DNA of 64,000 nucleotides from Vicinamibacteria bacterium. GTDB lineage: Bacteria > Acidobacteriota > Vicinamibacteria > Marinacidobacterales > Marinacidobacteraceae. Positions 1 to 9,356 of the stretch are shown piece by piece (within the stretch, counting starts at the first letter, position 1; every line of letters begins with the position of its first letter). Location: positions 1,856,001 through 1,920,000 of the forward strand of contig OY821641.1 of assembly GCA_963555995.3 (NCBI GenBank), read 5' to 3'. The position numbers were made by a program, and so were the translations under genes. Below the pieces are notes generated by a model. The model was not told the DNA's origin. It did no database searches and saw only the letters and a program-made list of their open reading frames with translations.

Positions 1-871
1 CTTCCGCCCGGTCCAGTTCCTGCCGGCGCAGCGCCGTCAGCCCGAGGAAGTGATGGGCGCGGCGGAGTCCGGGGTCGAGCGCGATGGCCCGTTCGAGGCG
101 CGCCTCGGAAGCCTCGAAGTCCTCGCCGCGCCAGTCGAGGTAGCCGAGCTGCAGGAGCGTCTCGGCGTCGTCCGGCGCGAACTCCAGGTGCCGCTCGTAG
201 GCGGCCCGGGCCTCCTCCAGCCGTTCCTGACCGACGAGCGCCGCACCGAGGTCGGCGAAAATCGCCGGATCCTCCCGGTAGCCGAGCTCGAGCGCCCGTT
301 CGAGCCCCGCCTGGGCCTCCGGCCAGCGTTCGAGGCGCAGCAGCAGACGGCCCAGGAACCGGTGCATCCCGGGGTCGCGGGGCGCGAGTTCGACCGCTCG
401 CCCGGCCGCCTCCACCGCTTCGGGGAGGCGTCCCGCCTGGTCGAGCACGGCGGCGGCGAGATAGGGAGCCTCATACCGGGAGGGCTCCATCTCGGCGGCG
501 GCCTCGAGGTGTTCGAGCGCCTCTTCCACTTCCCCGAGCTGTCCGAGCGCCTGCCCGAGCGCCAGCCGGCTGTCCACGAACTGCGGCGCCCGCGCCACCG
601 CCCCCTCGAGCGGCGGAACCGCGAGTTCCGGCTCCCCGGCGAGGAGCCACATCGCCCCGACCTGGTGGAACGCCGGGACATCCCAGGGCCGGCCCACCAG
701 GAACTCGTTCAGAAGCCGGGCCGCCTCGTCCCGTTCTCCGGCGGCGATCAGGGCCGCCGCCTCCTCGAAGACCGGCTCCGGCGGCGGTTCCTCCTGGCCG
801 AGCGCCAGCAGGGCCGGAAGCGCCCACACGGCGGGCGCGAGCAAGAGGGTTCGGAAGGCGCCCGTCCGCAT
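1..871 (-). CDS. Secreted tetratricopeptide-repeat protein (runs off the window start)
   Basis: Not in the ORF track. Manual translation from ATG 871 gives MRTGAFRTLLLAPAVWALPALLALGQEE (signal peptide) then TPR-like helices (LALGQALGQLGEVEEALEHLEAA; ALVGQERLEEARAAYERHLE). Confidence 0.8.
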   Translation of the reverse strand, partial: MRTGAFRTLLLAPAVWALPALLALGQEEPPPEPVFEEAAALIAAGERDEAARLLNEFLVGRPWDVPAFHQVGAMWLLAGEPELAVPPLEGAVARAPQFVDSRLALGQALGQLGEVEEALEHLEAAAEMEPSRYEAPYLAAAVLDQAGRLPEAVEAAGRAVELAPRDPGMHRFLGRLLLRLERWPEAQAGLERALELGYREDPAIFADLGAALVGQERLEEARAAYERHLEFAPDDAETLLQLGYLDWRGEDFEASEARLERAIALDPGLRRAHHFLGLTALRRQELDRAE

Positions 872-894
872 GAGACACAATCGGCGCCGACCGG

Positions 895-1806
895 ATGCTG
901 GAGCGAACCCGGCCACGCCGCCTCCCGGATTATGCCGCCCGCGGCGTATTCGCGGCGCTGCTGCTGGCGGGCGGCTGCGGCGAGCGGCCGGAGGAGGAAC
1001 TCCGGTCAGCGGACCCGGAACCCACGGCTGATGCGCTTCCCCCCGAAGCGGAGGTCCTGCCGGTCGGCGGCGACATCCAGCGTCCCGAGCGGATCCGGTT
1101 CGAGCCCCCCGCCTACCCCGAGGCGGCGCGCCAGCGGGGCGAAGAGGCGCTCGTCATCCTGGAGCTGACCGTGGACCGGGACGGCAGGGTGGCCGAAGCC
1201 CGCCCGCTCCGGGGACCCGAGGATCTCGGGACCGCGGCGGCGGAGGCGGCGCGCCGCTGGGAGTACGAGCCGACGCTCGTGGACGGCGAACCCGCCGCGG
1301 TGCGGTTCGCCGACACCATCCGCTTCGTCCTCCGCCCGGCCGGCGGCCACGGCATGCGCCTGCCGCCCGGCGCCACCGCGCCCGGGCCGCGCGTCGGCGA
1401 CTTCCCCGACTGGGAGGTCTCGGGGCACGCCTTCACGGCCTGTCCCTGCGACACCCCCTGCCCGTGCCGGTCGAACGGCCCTCCCTCGCACCCTCCCTGT
1501 CACGCCACCACGGCCACCGAGATCACCGCGGGCCACTACGGCGGCCTCGACCTCGCCGGTTCGCGGTTCGTCACCCTCGGGCCGGAAACGTGGGTCGCGC
1601 TCTACTTCGACGAGGCGATGGGCGAACCGCGGCGGCGGGCCATCCTCGGGATCTTCCGCAGCCTCGCTCCGGGGGCGCCCCAGCGCTACCGCGCCATCCG
1701 CCGGGTCCCGCTCTCGATCAGCGAGTCCCGGGGGCCGGGAGAGATCCTCCGGCGCGCCCTCATTCCGGGAATCCTGGAGATGGAGACCACCCTGCCGCTC
1801 AGGTGA
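895..1806 (+). CDS. TonB C-terminal domain + DUF1326-like Cys-rich domain fusion, putative lipoprotein; C-terminus probably truncated
   Basis: Lipobox-like LLAGGC; TonB_C motif PAYPEAARQRGEEALVILELTVDRDGRV...AARRWEYEP; then W-x-V-x-G...ACPCDTPCPC. Confidence 0.7.
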   Translation: MLERTRPRRLPDYAARGVFAALLLAGGCGERPEEELRSADPEPTADALPPEAEVLPVGGDIQRPERIRFEPPAYPEAARQRGEEALVILELTVDRDGRVAEARPLRGPEDLGTAAAEAARRWEYEPTLVDGEPAAVRFADTIRFVLRPAGGHGMRLPPGATAPGPRVGDFPDWEVSGHAFTACPCDTPCPCRSNGPPSHPPCHATTATEITAGHYGGLDLAGSRFVTLGPETWVALYFDEAMGEPRRRAILGIFRSLAPGAPQRYRAIRRVPLSISESRGPGEILRRALIPGILEMETTLPLR

Positions 1807-2273
1807 AGTGGGTGGAGCGGATCGAGGTCTGGCCCTCGCGATTCGCCGGCTGGTTCCAGGCCAAGGACTACGTCACCGTGCGCGGAACCGAAACCCCCTC
1901 GGGAATCCTCCACACCGCGAGCGCCATCGGCCGGATGCGGCTCAAGTCCATCATCACCCGCATCGAGCGACCGGCGGGCGGGGACCTCCGCGTCCACGGC
2001 CTCGCCTGGAACGACGGCGCCTCCGAGATCAGCGGCGTCGAGGTGCGGCTCGACGGGGGCGCCTTCCAGCCGGCCGAACTCCTTCCCACCTCCCACCGCT
2101 TCGGCTTCCGCCACTTCCGGCTCGACTGGCCGGCGCCGGCGCCGGGAGAGCACCGGCTCGTTTCCCGGGCGCGGGACGCCGGCGGCGTGCAGCCGACCGA
2201 GGAGGAGGCGTCGCGCTACAAGGCGACTCCCTGGGAGAACAACGGCCAGGTGGTGCGGCGCATCCGCGTCTGA
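1797..2273 (+). pseudogene. C-terminal remnant of a sulfite-oxidase-family molybdoenzyme
   Basis: AQVKWVERIEV...MRLKSII...VEVRLDGG...LVSRARDAGGVQPT aligns by eye to the C-terminal part of the 48867-50030 protein. The N-terminal Moco-binding part is absent. Confidence 0.7.
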
Positions 2274-2287
2274 GCAGCGCTGTGGAT

Positions 2288-2812
2288 TTGCTGTGAAGGC
2301 GCGGTCTTGCGGGGTTGGCCAACAGCCGTGATCGCGCCGCCGGCCTGGAACCTCCACCGGGAGAAACCGTCATGATCGGTCCACCCGCACCCCGCGCCGG
2401 ACATGACAACGGCTTGGAACGCCGGCTTCAGCCGGCACCCGCCGCGCGGAGCGCAGCGGAACGACGTACCGCGGCTGCCCGCATGGCGCGTGGGCAGGCG
2501 AGGGGCCAGCGAAAGAACTGGTCTCCGGCGTTCCCGGCCTTCGCGCCATGCCGGCAGATGAGATCCTTCCCGCCGCCCGCCCTTGGCGGGCTGTGCCGGC
2601 TGAAGCCGGCGTTCCAAACCGGCGGCGCCCTCACGGCTGTCGGCGGACCCGCGGGGCTGTATCTTCACAGCAACCGTGCCGGCTGACGCCGGCGTTCCAA
2701 ACGGTCCCCGCCCCCTTGGGCCTCGGCGTCGCGGCCCGCAGCTTCATGCCCGGCGGGGTGCGTTTCGCTCCGCTATTGCGGAGCGATGCCGGTCTGAAGA
2801 CCGGCGCTCCCA
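2288..2812. repeat. REP/REPIN-like cluster with long imperfect terminal inverted repeats
   Basis: GGAACGCCGGCTTCAGCCGGCAC-type units at about 2411, 2593 (rev), 2676 (rev) and 2787 (rev). 2288-2351 and 2611-2673 are imperfect inverted repeats. Confidence 0.85.
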
Positions 2813-4128
2813 GCCCGGGGGGCGGCGATGCCGAAGTCCCGGAGGGTGCTCTCCATAGTCGGCTTCTTCAGGCGGATGCGTTCGTCGTTCAGCAGGTAGG
2901 AGAAGAGATAGCCACCGCCGAGCATCAGGATGCCGATCAGGAAGCAGTACATGACCGCCCGGTCGGGATAGGTGTCCTTCAGGTAGCCCACGTAGAGCGG
3001 GCCGGCGATCCCCGCCGCCGCCCAAGCGGTGAGCACCGCGCCATAGACCGCCGACATCCGGCGCGCGCCGAACATGTCCAGAATGAAGGGGGGCATGGTG
3101 GCGAAGCCGCCGCCGAAGCAGAGCAGGACGTAGCAGACGAGTACCGAGAACACCCAGGGGTTCGTCTCGGTCATGAGGACGCCGAAGACGATCATCTGGG
3201 TGGAGAGCAGGATCCGGAAGACGGCCACGCGGCCGATCCGGTCCGAGAGCAGTCCCCAGAACAGGCGGCCGACGCCGTTGAAGACCGAACTCACCGCGAT
3301 CAGGGTGGCCCCGTACTCGGCGAGCACCGCCGGCTCCAGCGAGGGGTCGGCGAGGCTCCAGACCTCCCGGAGCAGTTCCGACTGGAAGCTGATGATGGAG
3401 ATGCCGGCGGCGATGTTGAAGAAGAAGACGACCCACAGCAGCAGGAACTGCCCGGTCTTCAGGTAGGCGCCGACCGAATCGGACTCCTCGCTTCCCGGCG
3501 CTCCGGCCGCCGCGGCTCCGCCCGCCGCCGGAGCCGCGGCGGGCGGATTGCTCATCAGCAGGCTCGCCGGGAGCAGGATGAGCGCGAAGACGCCGCCCAG
3601 CCCGAAAAAGACCAGCGGCAGCTCGCCCGCCGTCTGGACGACCAGCACCGGGGCGAGGCCCTTGCTGAGCAGGAGGGCGCCCACCCCGAAACCCATGACC
3701 ACGATGCCGGTGGCGAGGCCTTTCTTCTCGGGAAACCACTTCGCCACGGTGGCCACCGGGGTCACGTAGCCCATGCCGATCCCGATCCCGCCGATCACCC
3801 CGTAGCCGAGACAGAACAGCGGCACGCTGTCCACCTGGAGCGCAAAGCCCGCGATGAAGTAGCCGCCGCAGAACAACGTGCTTCCGGCAAGCGCCAGCTT
3901 CCGCGGTCCCACCCGCGGCAGCACCTGGCCCGCCCACGCCGCCGAGACGCCCAGCGAAAAGATGGCCACGCTGAAGGCCCAGGCGGTCTCCGTGAAGGTC
4001 CAGCCCGACTGCCGGACCAGCAGGGTCTGGAAGAAGCTCCACGCGTACACCGTCCCGAAGCAGAGCTGCAGCACCGTGCACACGGTGACCGCCAGCAGAC
4101 GGGAGAGACCCGGCGGCAACGAGATCAA
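2773..4128 (-). CDS. MFS transporter, oxalate/formate antiporter (OFA) family
   Basis: LQLCFGTVYAWS, GIGIGMGYVTPV...KWFPEKKGLATG, GRLFWGLLSDRIGR; about 12 hydrophobic segments. Confidence 0.9.
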   Translation of the reverse strand: MISLPPGLSRLLAVTVCTVLQLCFGTVYAWSFFQTLLVRQSGWTFTETAWAFSVAIFSLGVSAAWAGQVLPRVGPRKLALAGSTLFCGGYFIAGFALQVDSVPLFCLGYGVIGGIGIGMGYVTPVATVAKWFPEKKGLATGIVVMGFGVGALLLSKGLAPVLVVQTAGELPLVFFGLGGVFALILLPASLLMSNPPAAAPAAGGAAAAGAPGSEESDSVGAYLKTGQFLLLWVVFFFNIAAGISIISFQSELLREVWSLADPSLEPAVLAEYGATLIAVSSVFNGVGRLFWGLLSDRIGRVAVFRILLSTQMIVFGVLMTETNPWVFSVLVCYVLLCFGGGFATMPPFILDMFGARRMSAVYGAVLTAWAAAGIAGPLYVGYLKDTYPDRAVMYCFLIGILMLGGGYLFSYLLNDERIRLKKPTMESTLRDFGIAAPRAGSAGLQTGIAPQ

Positions 4129-4161
4129 ACGGTTCCCCTCAGCGGGACGGCGCGGCGGCCG

Positions 4162-4926
4162 TCACGCCGCCGAGCGGGCCTCTCCCTCGTTGGGAAGCGC
4201 CCCGGGGCCCGAAGGGGGACGGGTCTCGGACAAGTAGAGGATCAGCCGGGCCAGTTGCCCGACCTCGTCGTCGCGCTCGAGCAACCCCTCGTTCCGAACC
4301 GCATGCGCCCGTTGCTCCGGGGGACGCCGGGCCGTCTCCACGGCATACGAGAGCAGCTCCGCCAGCGGCCGGGCAACCAGGTTGACCAGCCAGATGGACG
4401 CCAGGATCCCGAGCACCAGCAGGATGGAGATCAGATAGACCTGCTGCCCGATGGCCCGCTGGATCTTCAGGGCGACGAGGTCCAGGTCCATCCCGAGGTG
4501 GACCGTCCCCGCGACCCCGGCCAGGATGGGGCTGCTGACCTCGATGAAGTCGCCCATTCCGGGCAGGTTGCGTTCCACGGGCTCGGTCCGGAAGGGATCG
4601 CTCTCCCGGATCGCTTCCGGAATCCCCGGCACGAAGGTGTGGGCGAGGAACTCGCCCGTCTCGTCGGTGATGTAGATGTAGCGGATCCCCTGCACCTCCA
4701 CGAACTGGTCAATCAGCGACTGCAGGGTCGCGAGGTTCCGGTTCAGCAGGATGTCCACGCTCGCGTCGGCGATGGTCTTCGCGATGCTCTGGCTGTTGGC
4801 GGCGTATTCCGCCGAGAGCTCGGTGTCCACCGTCCGGATGCAGAGCAGCGAGGTGGACAGGACGATGAGCCCGAACAGCGCGAAGATGCCGAACCGCATC
4901 CGTTGGAAGAGCTTGTGAACTTTCAT
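4162..4926 (-). CDS. Two-TM sensor-like membrane protein with HAMP domain and no output domain
   Basis: TM - extracytoplasmic domain - TM, then ARPLAEL...RDDEVGQLAR; the protein ends shortly after. Confidence 0.75.
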   Translation of the reverse strand: MKVHKLFQRMRFGIFALFGLIVLSTSLLCIRTVDTELSAEYAANSQSIAKTIADASVDILLNRNLATLQSLIDQFVEVQGIRYIYITDETGEFLAHTFVPGIPEAIRESDPFRTEPVERNLPGMGDFIEVSSPILAGVAGTVHLGMDLDLVALKIQRAIGQQVYLISILLVLGILASIWLVNLVARPLAELLSYAVETARRPPEQRAHAVRNEGLLERDDEVGQLARLILYLSETRPPSGPGALPNEGEARSAA

Positions 4927-4927
4927 G

Positions 4928-6289
4928 TCAGGCGGGTAGGGCGTTCCAGTCGGTCAACGGAACGAAGCGGCCGTCCTCCACGACGGTGTAGTAGACGCGC
5001 TGGAGTCCCTGGCGCCGGTCCGGCCCGAAGGACACCTGCTCGCCGATGCCGAGGTCGAAGTTTCGGATCGAGAACACCGCGTCCTCCAGTCCGGCCCGGG
5101 TCGGTTCCCCGTCGAAGCGCCGGAAGATCTCGCACATCAGCTTCGCGTTCATGAACCCCTCCAGGCTGACGAAGCTCTGGGGCAGCGGGTCGTAGGGGTC
5201 GTCGAGGAACCGCTCCGGGATCTGCGGGTCGTGGCGCGCCATGAGCTCGCGGTATTCCCGGACCGCCGGCACGGTTTCGTCCTCGTAGCTGGGCACCACC
5301 TGCGAGTTGACGAGCCACCGGGTATAAGTCTCCGGGTCGTCGCGCCCCTCGCTGAGCAGGTTCACGAGGTTCTCGCTGCCGACGAAGGAGAGATTCGCGA
5401 TGGGCACCCGGAGCCCCAGGTCAATGGCGTCCCGGGCGAACGCGGCGCAGGCCGCGTACGCCCCCACGCAGATCACGGCGTCGGGCGCCGCCCGCTGGAG
5501 GATTTCGACCTGGGCGCGCATCGTGCCGGTGAAGCGGGCGCCCCGCTGATAGGTCGCCTCGCCGGCGATCGTCTCCCCGTGGTTCTCGAGCGCGGCCCGG
5601 ACTCCGGCCCAGCCGCTGCGGCCATAGGCATCCGCCTGGTAGAAGACGGCGATGCGGCGCCGACCGGTGGCGAGGAAGTTCTCGACCAGCCCGGCCGTTT
5701 CCTGGCGGTAGGAAGCGCGCAGGTTGAACGCGAAGTCGCCGTAGGGCGGCTCCCGCTGCGGCTGCGCCCCGGTGAACGGGAAGAACATGTAGATCTGTTC
5801 TTCCTGGAACTTCTTGAGCATCGGCAGCACCCGCGTCACGGTGGGCGTGCCCACGTAGCCGAACAACAGGAAGACCTGGTCCTCCAGCATCAGTTTGAGC
5901 GTGTTCTGGACACACGGGTCGGGCTGGTAGCCGTCGTCGTACAACTTCAGCGTGACCCGGCGTCCGCCGATGCCTCCGGAGTCGTTGACCTGGCGGAAGT
6001 AGGCCATCGCGCCCCGGTACAGCTCGTTGCCCAGTCCCCGCGATGGACCGGTGAACGCGGCCGACGTCCCGAGGACGATCGCGTCGCCGGAATCGCCCGG
6101 GGCCGGGGTCTGGCGAGCCGGCGCCGCCGGGGATCCCCGCCTCGCCCCCAAGCCCGGAGCGGCATTCGCGAACCGGGCCCAGGGAGCGAGCAGCGCCGCC
6201 GCGCAACCGTACCGGACGAGGGACCTGCGACTCCGGAGCGGCTCGGGCTCACCCGTTCCTCTCCGGCCGGACTGCGTCGAACTCGTCAT
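4928..6289 (-). CDS. Branched-chain-amino-acid-type substrate-binding protein, Tat-like signal
   Basis: GTSAAFTGP, DDGYQP, GYVGTPT, FNLRASY motifs; RRSLV N-terminus. Confidence 0.85.
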   Translation of the reverse strand: MTSSTQSGRRGTGEPEPLRSRRSLVRYGCAAALLAPWARFANAAPGLGARRGSPAAPARQTPAPGDSGDAIVLGTSAAFTGPSRGLGNELYRGAMAYFRQVNDSGGIGGRRVTLKLYDDGYQPDPCVQNTLKLMLEDQVFLLFGYVGTPTVTRVLPMLKKFQEEQIYMFFPFTGAQPQREPPYGDFAFNLRASYRQETAGLVENFLATGRRRIAVFYQADAYGRSGWAGVRAALENHGETIAGEATYQRGARFTGTMRAQVEILQRAAPDAVICVGAYAACAAFARDAIDLGLRVPIANLSFVGSENLVNLLSEGRDDPETYTRWLVNSQVVPSYEDETVPAVREYRELMARHDPQIPERFLDDPYDPLPQSFVSLEGFMNAKLMCEIFRRFDGEPTRAGLEDAVFSIRNFDLGIGEQVSFGPDRRQGLQRVYYTVVEDGRFVPLTDWNALPA

Positions 6290-6441
6290 CCTGCTCCTTG
6301 CCCTTCCGCGCACCTCTCAGGGCGCTGGTGGAGCGCCCGGGTTGCCACACCGCCGGGACGCCAATTTCTCGATGATACCGTGGCGATGAGACCTCCGGTT
6401 CCCGCCGGTGAGACAATCACGGACGCGATCGGAGCACACCC

Positions 6442-7728
6442 ATGCGTCACCCGAACGACCTGACCCCGAACCGCCGCCGGTTCCTGCGCTACCTGGCGGG
6501 AAGCCCGCTGCTGCTCGGCGCCGGGTGCTGGGAGCCGCGCGCCGCCGCCCAGGGCCCGGCTCCGGGTTCCGATCAGGAGAGCGCGGAACTCTTCGGGTAC
6601 AACGGCTTCCCCCGGACGCCGATCGGCTCGCCCGAAGAAGCGGCGGACATCTTCGACTTCCGGGTGCTGGCGGAGCGCAACCTGCCGCCGGCCCACTACG
6701 GGTACATGGCGACCGGAGTGGACGGCGAAGGCACCCTGGCCGCGAACCGCCGGGCGCTGGAGAACGTGGGGATCAGGGCGCGCCGGCTGGTGGACGTCTC
6801 GGACCCCGACATGTCGGTGGAGATCTTCGGCCGGCGCTGGACGTCTCCCATCGCCATCGCCCCCTGCGGAAGCCAGAAGGCGTTTCATCCCGAAGGCGAG
6901 GTCGCGGTGGCCCGCGCGGCGCGGACGATGGACCACCTCCAACTGCTGTCCACGGTGACGACTTCCAGCGTGGAAGAGGTCAACGAGGCGCGGGGCGAAC
7001 CGGTCTGGTACCAGCTCTACCCGACCACCAACTTCGAGGTGACGAAGCAGCTCGTAGCGCGGGCGGAGGCCGCCGGTTGCCCGGCGGTGGCGCTGACCGT
7101 GGACCTCCCGGTGGGAAGCAACCGGATCAGCACCCCGCTGACCGCTCGCCTCGACGAACGGGAATGCGAGATCTGCCACGTTCCCGGCCTCGCGGGGTAC
7201 GTGTCCCGCAAGCGCATGTTCGACGGCATTGACGTGGCGGACATCACCGGGCGCAGCCGCTATGCGGGGCTCAACCAGCCCCGCCTCACCTGGGAGGTCG
7301 TGAAGCGTCTCCGGGACATGACCTCCATGAAGGTGCTCCTGAAGGGCATCGTCACCGCCGAGGATGCCGAACTCTGCCTCGAGCACGGCGTGGACGGGAT
7401 CGTGGTCTCGAACCACGGCGGGCGCGCCGAGGAGAGCGGGATCGCCACCATTGACAGCCTTCCCGAGGTGGTGCAGGTCATTGGCGGACGGATTCCGGTC
7501 ATCATGGACAGCGGCATCCGCCGCGGGGTGGACGTATTCAAGGCGCTGGCGCTGGGCGCCGACGCCGTCCTGATCGGCCGCGCCTACCTCTGGGGGCTGG
7601 CCGCCTTCGGGGAAGCGGGGGTGGAGATGGTCCTGCGGATTCTGCGCGACGAGCTGCGCGTCGCGATGCAGCTCGCGGGGACGCCGAGTCTTGCGGACAT
7701 CGGCCCGCGATCGGTGCTCCGCCGCTGA
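6442..7728 (+). CDS. FMN-dependent alpha-hydroxy acid oxidase/dehydrogenase with Tat signal
   Basis: WYQLY, LTVD, LKGI, VSNHGGR, DSGIRRG motifs; NRRRFLRYL. Confidence 0.9.
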   Translation: MRHPNDLTPNRRRFLRYLAGSPLLLGAGCWEPRAAAQGPAPGSDQESAELFGYNGFPRTPIGSPEEAADIFDFRVLAERNLPPAHYGYMATGVDGEGTLAANRRALENVGIRARRLVDVSDPDMSVEIFGRRWTSPIAIAPCGSQKAFHPEGEVAVARAARTMDHLQLLSTVTTSSVEEVNEARGEPVWYQLYPTTNFEVTKQLVARAEAAGCPAVALTVDLPVGSNRISTPLTARLDERECEICHVPGLAGYVSRKRMFDGIDVADITGRSRYAGLNQPRLTWEVVKRLRDMTSMKVLLKGIVTAEDAELCLEHGVDGIVVSNHGGRAEESGIATIDSLPEVVQVIGGRIPVIMDSGIRRGVDVFKALALGADAVLIGRAYLWGLAAFGEAGVEMVLRILRDELRVAMQLAGTPSLADIGPRSVLRR

Positions 7729-9356
7729 TCCTTCGGCTCCTCGTCGCCGGCGCGCTGTCGGGCGCCACCGTCGCCGGGGCGCCGGCCGGCGCGCAGCCGC
7801 GCTTCTCCGACGTGACCTCCGCTTCCGGCGTCGAGTTCACCCACCGCACCGGCAGGGAGGACGCCGGCCGCCCTGCCTACTTCATGCCCGAGATCATGGG
7901 GTCGGGCGTGGCCCTCTTCGATCGGGATGGCGACGGTGACCTCGACCTCTATCTCGTCCAGGGGGAGGGCCCGGACCGGTTCTTCGAAAACCGGGGACCG
8001 GGGATCCGGTTCGCCGAGATCGCCGGGACTCCGGGCGGCGGCGCCTACGGCATGGGCGTGGCGGCCGGGGACGCCGACGGTGACGGCGACCTCGACCTCT
8101 TCCGGACCGGATACGGACCCGACGCGCTCTTGTTCAACGCCGGACCGGATGGGTTTCGCGTGTCCGGCGCGGAGGACTGGGACGACGGTTGGGGCGCGTC
8201 CGCGACCTTCTGCGACTACGACGCCGACGGGCGCCTCGACCTCTTCGTGACCCGCTACATGGACTACGACCCGGACTTCTCGTGCTTCGCGGCCACCGGG
8301 GAGCAGGACTACTGCGACCCGACGGACGTGCCCGGGTTGCCGGACCTTCTCTACCGGAACACCGGGGACGGGCAGTTCGTCGAGGTCGGGAACGAGGCCG
8401 GGATCGCCGCGCTCCCGGCAAGAGGACTCGGGGTCGTCTGCCACGATTTCACCGGCGATGGGCGGCTGGACTTCTACGTGGCGAACGACACCGAGGCGAA
8501 TCACCTCTGGGTGAACCAGGGCGATGGGACGTTCACCGAAGAGGCGTTGCTGCTCGGGGCCGCTCTCAGCGGCTTCGGCCGTCCCGAGGCCGGCATGGGG
8601 ATCGAGATCGGCGACCTGAGCGGCGACGGCGTCTTCGACATCCTGCTCACCCACTTCGCCGACGAGACGAACACCGTCTATCTCGCCGAACCGGGGATCG
8701 GCTTCGTGGACGGCTCCATCGCTCTCGGGCTCGGAACGCTCGGCCTCGCGACGACCGGGTTCGGAGTCGCCCTCGGCGACTTCGATCTGGACGGCTTTCT
8801 CGACGCGGTGATCGCCAACGGGCGGGTGGCGCGTCGGCCGGGCGAGTCCCCCCGCCCTCCCTTCTTCGCCCAGTACGAAGAAGCGGCCCTGGTCCTGCGC
8901 GGAGGACGCGAGCGGTTCGAGGATGCCGGCGCCGCGTCGCCCGAGCTGAGCGGGCGGAGGGTCGTCGGCCGGGGGCTGGCGGCCGGGGATCTCGACGGCG
9001 ACGGCGATCCCGATCTCGTGCTCACCGCCGCCGACGGTCCGGCCCGGATCTTCGAGAACGTTTCGGACCACGACGGGAACTGGCTGCTCGTGGCGGCCCG
9101 GCTGCCCGGCGGCGCGCCCGATCACGGGGCCGCCGTCAGGCTCCACACCTCCGCGGGAACGCGGGTCGCCCGCGCCAACCCCGGCGTCTCCTACCTGAGT
9201 TCCGGCGATCCGCGCGCCCACTTCGGGATTCCCGCGGGCGCCGCCATCGAGGGTCTGACGGTCCGCTGGTCCGACGGCTCGGAAGAGGCCTTCCCCGCAC
9301 CGCCGCCGAACGGGGTCGCGCTGGTGGTCCGCGGCGCCGGAACGATCCATGACTGA
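7725..9356 (+). CDS. CRTAC1 / ASPIC-UnbV family FG-GAP repeat protein
   Basis: Repeated DxDGDGDLDL motifs, SYLSSGDPRAHFG, VRW.DG. The signal peptide lies upstream of the tracked 7812 start, beginning at a CTG at 7725. Confidence 0.85.
   Translation: MILRLLVAGALSGATVAGAPAGAQPRFSDVTSASGVEFTHRTGREDAGRPAYFMPEIMGSGVALFDRDGDGDLDLYLVQGEGPDRFFENRGPGIRFAEIAGTPGGGAYGMGVAAGDADGDGDLDLFRTGYGPDALLFNAGPDGFRVSGAEDWDDGWGASATFCDYDADGRLDLFVTRYMDYDPDFSCFAATGEQDYCDPTDVPGLPDLLYRNTGDGQFVEVGNEAGIAALPARGLGVVCHDFTGDGRLDFYVANDTEANHLWVNQGDGTFTEEALLLGAALSGFGRPEAGMGIEIGDLSGDGVFDILLTHFADETNTVYLAEPGIGFVDGSIALGLGTLGLATTGFGVALGDFDLDGFLDAVIANGRVARRPGESPRPPFFAQYEEAALVLRGGRERFEDAGAASPELSGRRVVGRGLAAGDLDGDGDPDLVLTAADGPARIFENVSDHDGNWLLVAARLPGGAPDHGAAVRLHTSAGTRVARANPGVSYLSSGDPRAHFGIPAGAAIEGLTVRWSDGSEEAFPAPPPNGVALVVRGAGTIHD

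Noticed and set aside
1804-1806. TGA ending the TonB/DUF1326 ORF as possible Sec
   Set aside because: In-frame read-through is not protein-like, the downstream homology is in another frame, and the SECIS-like motif is absent.
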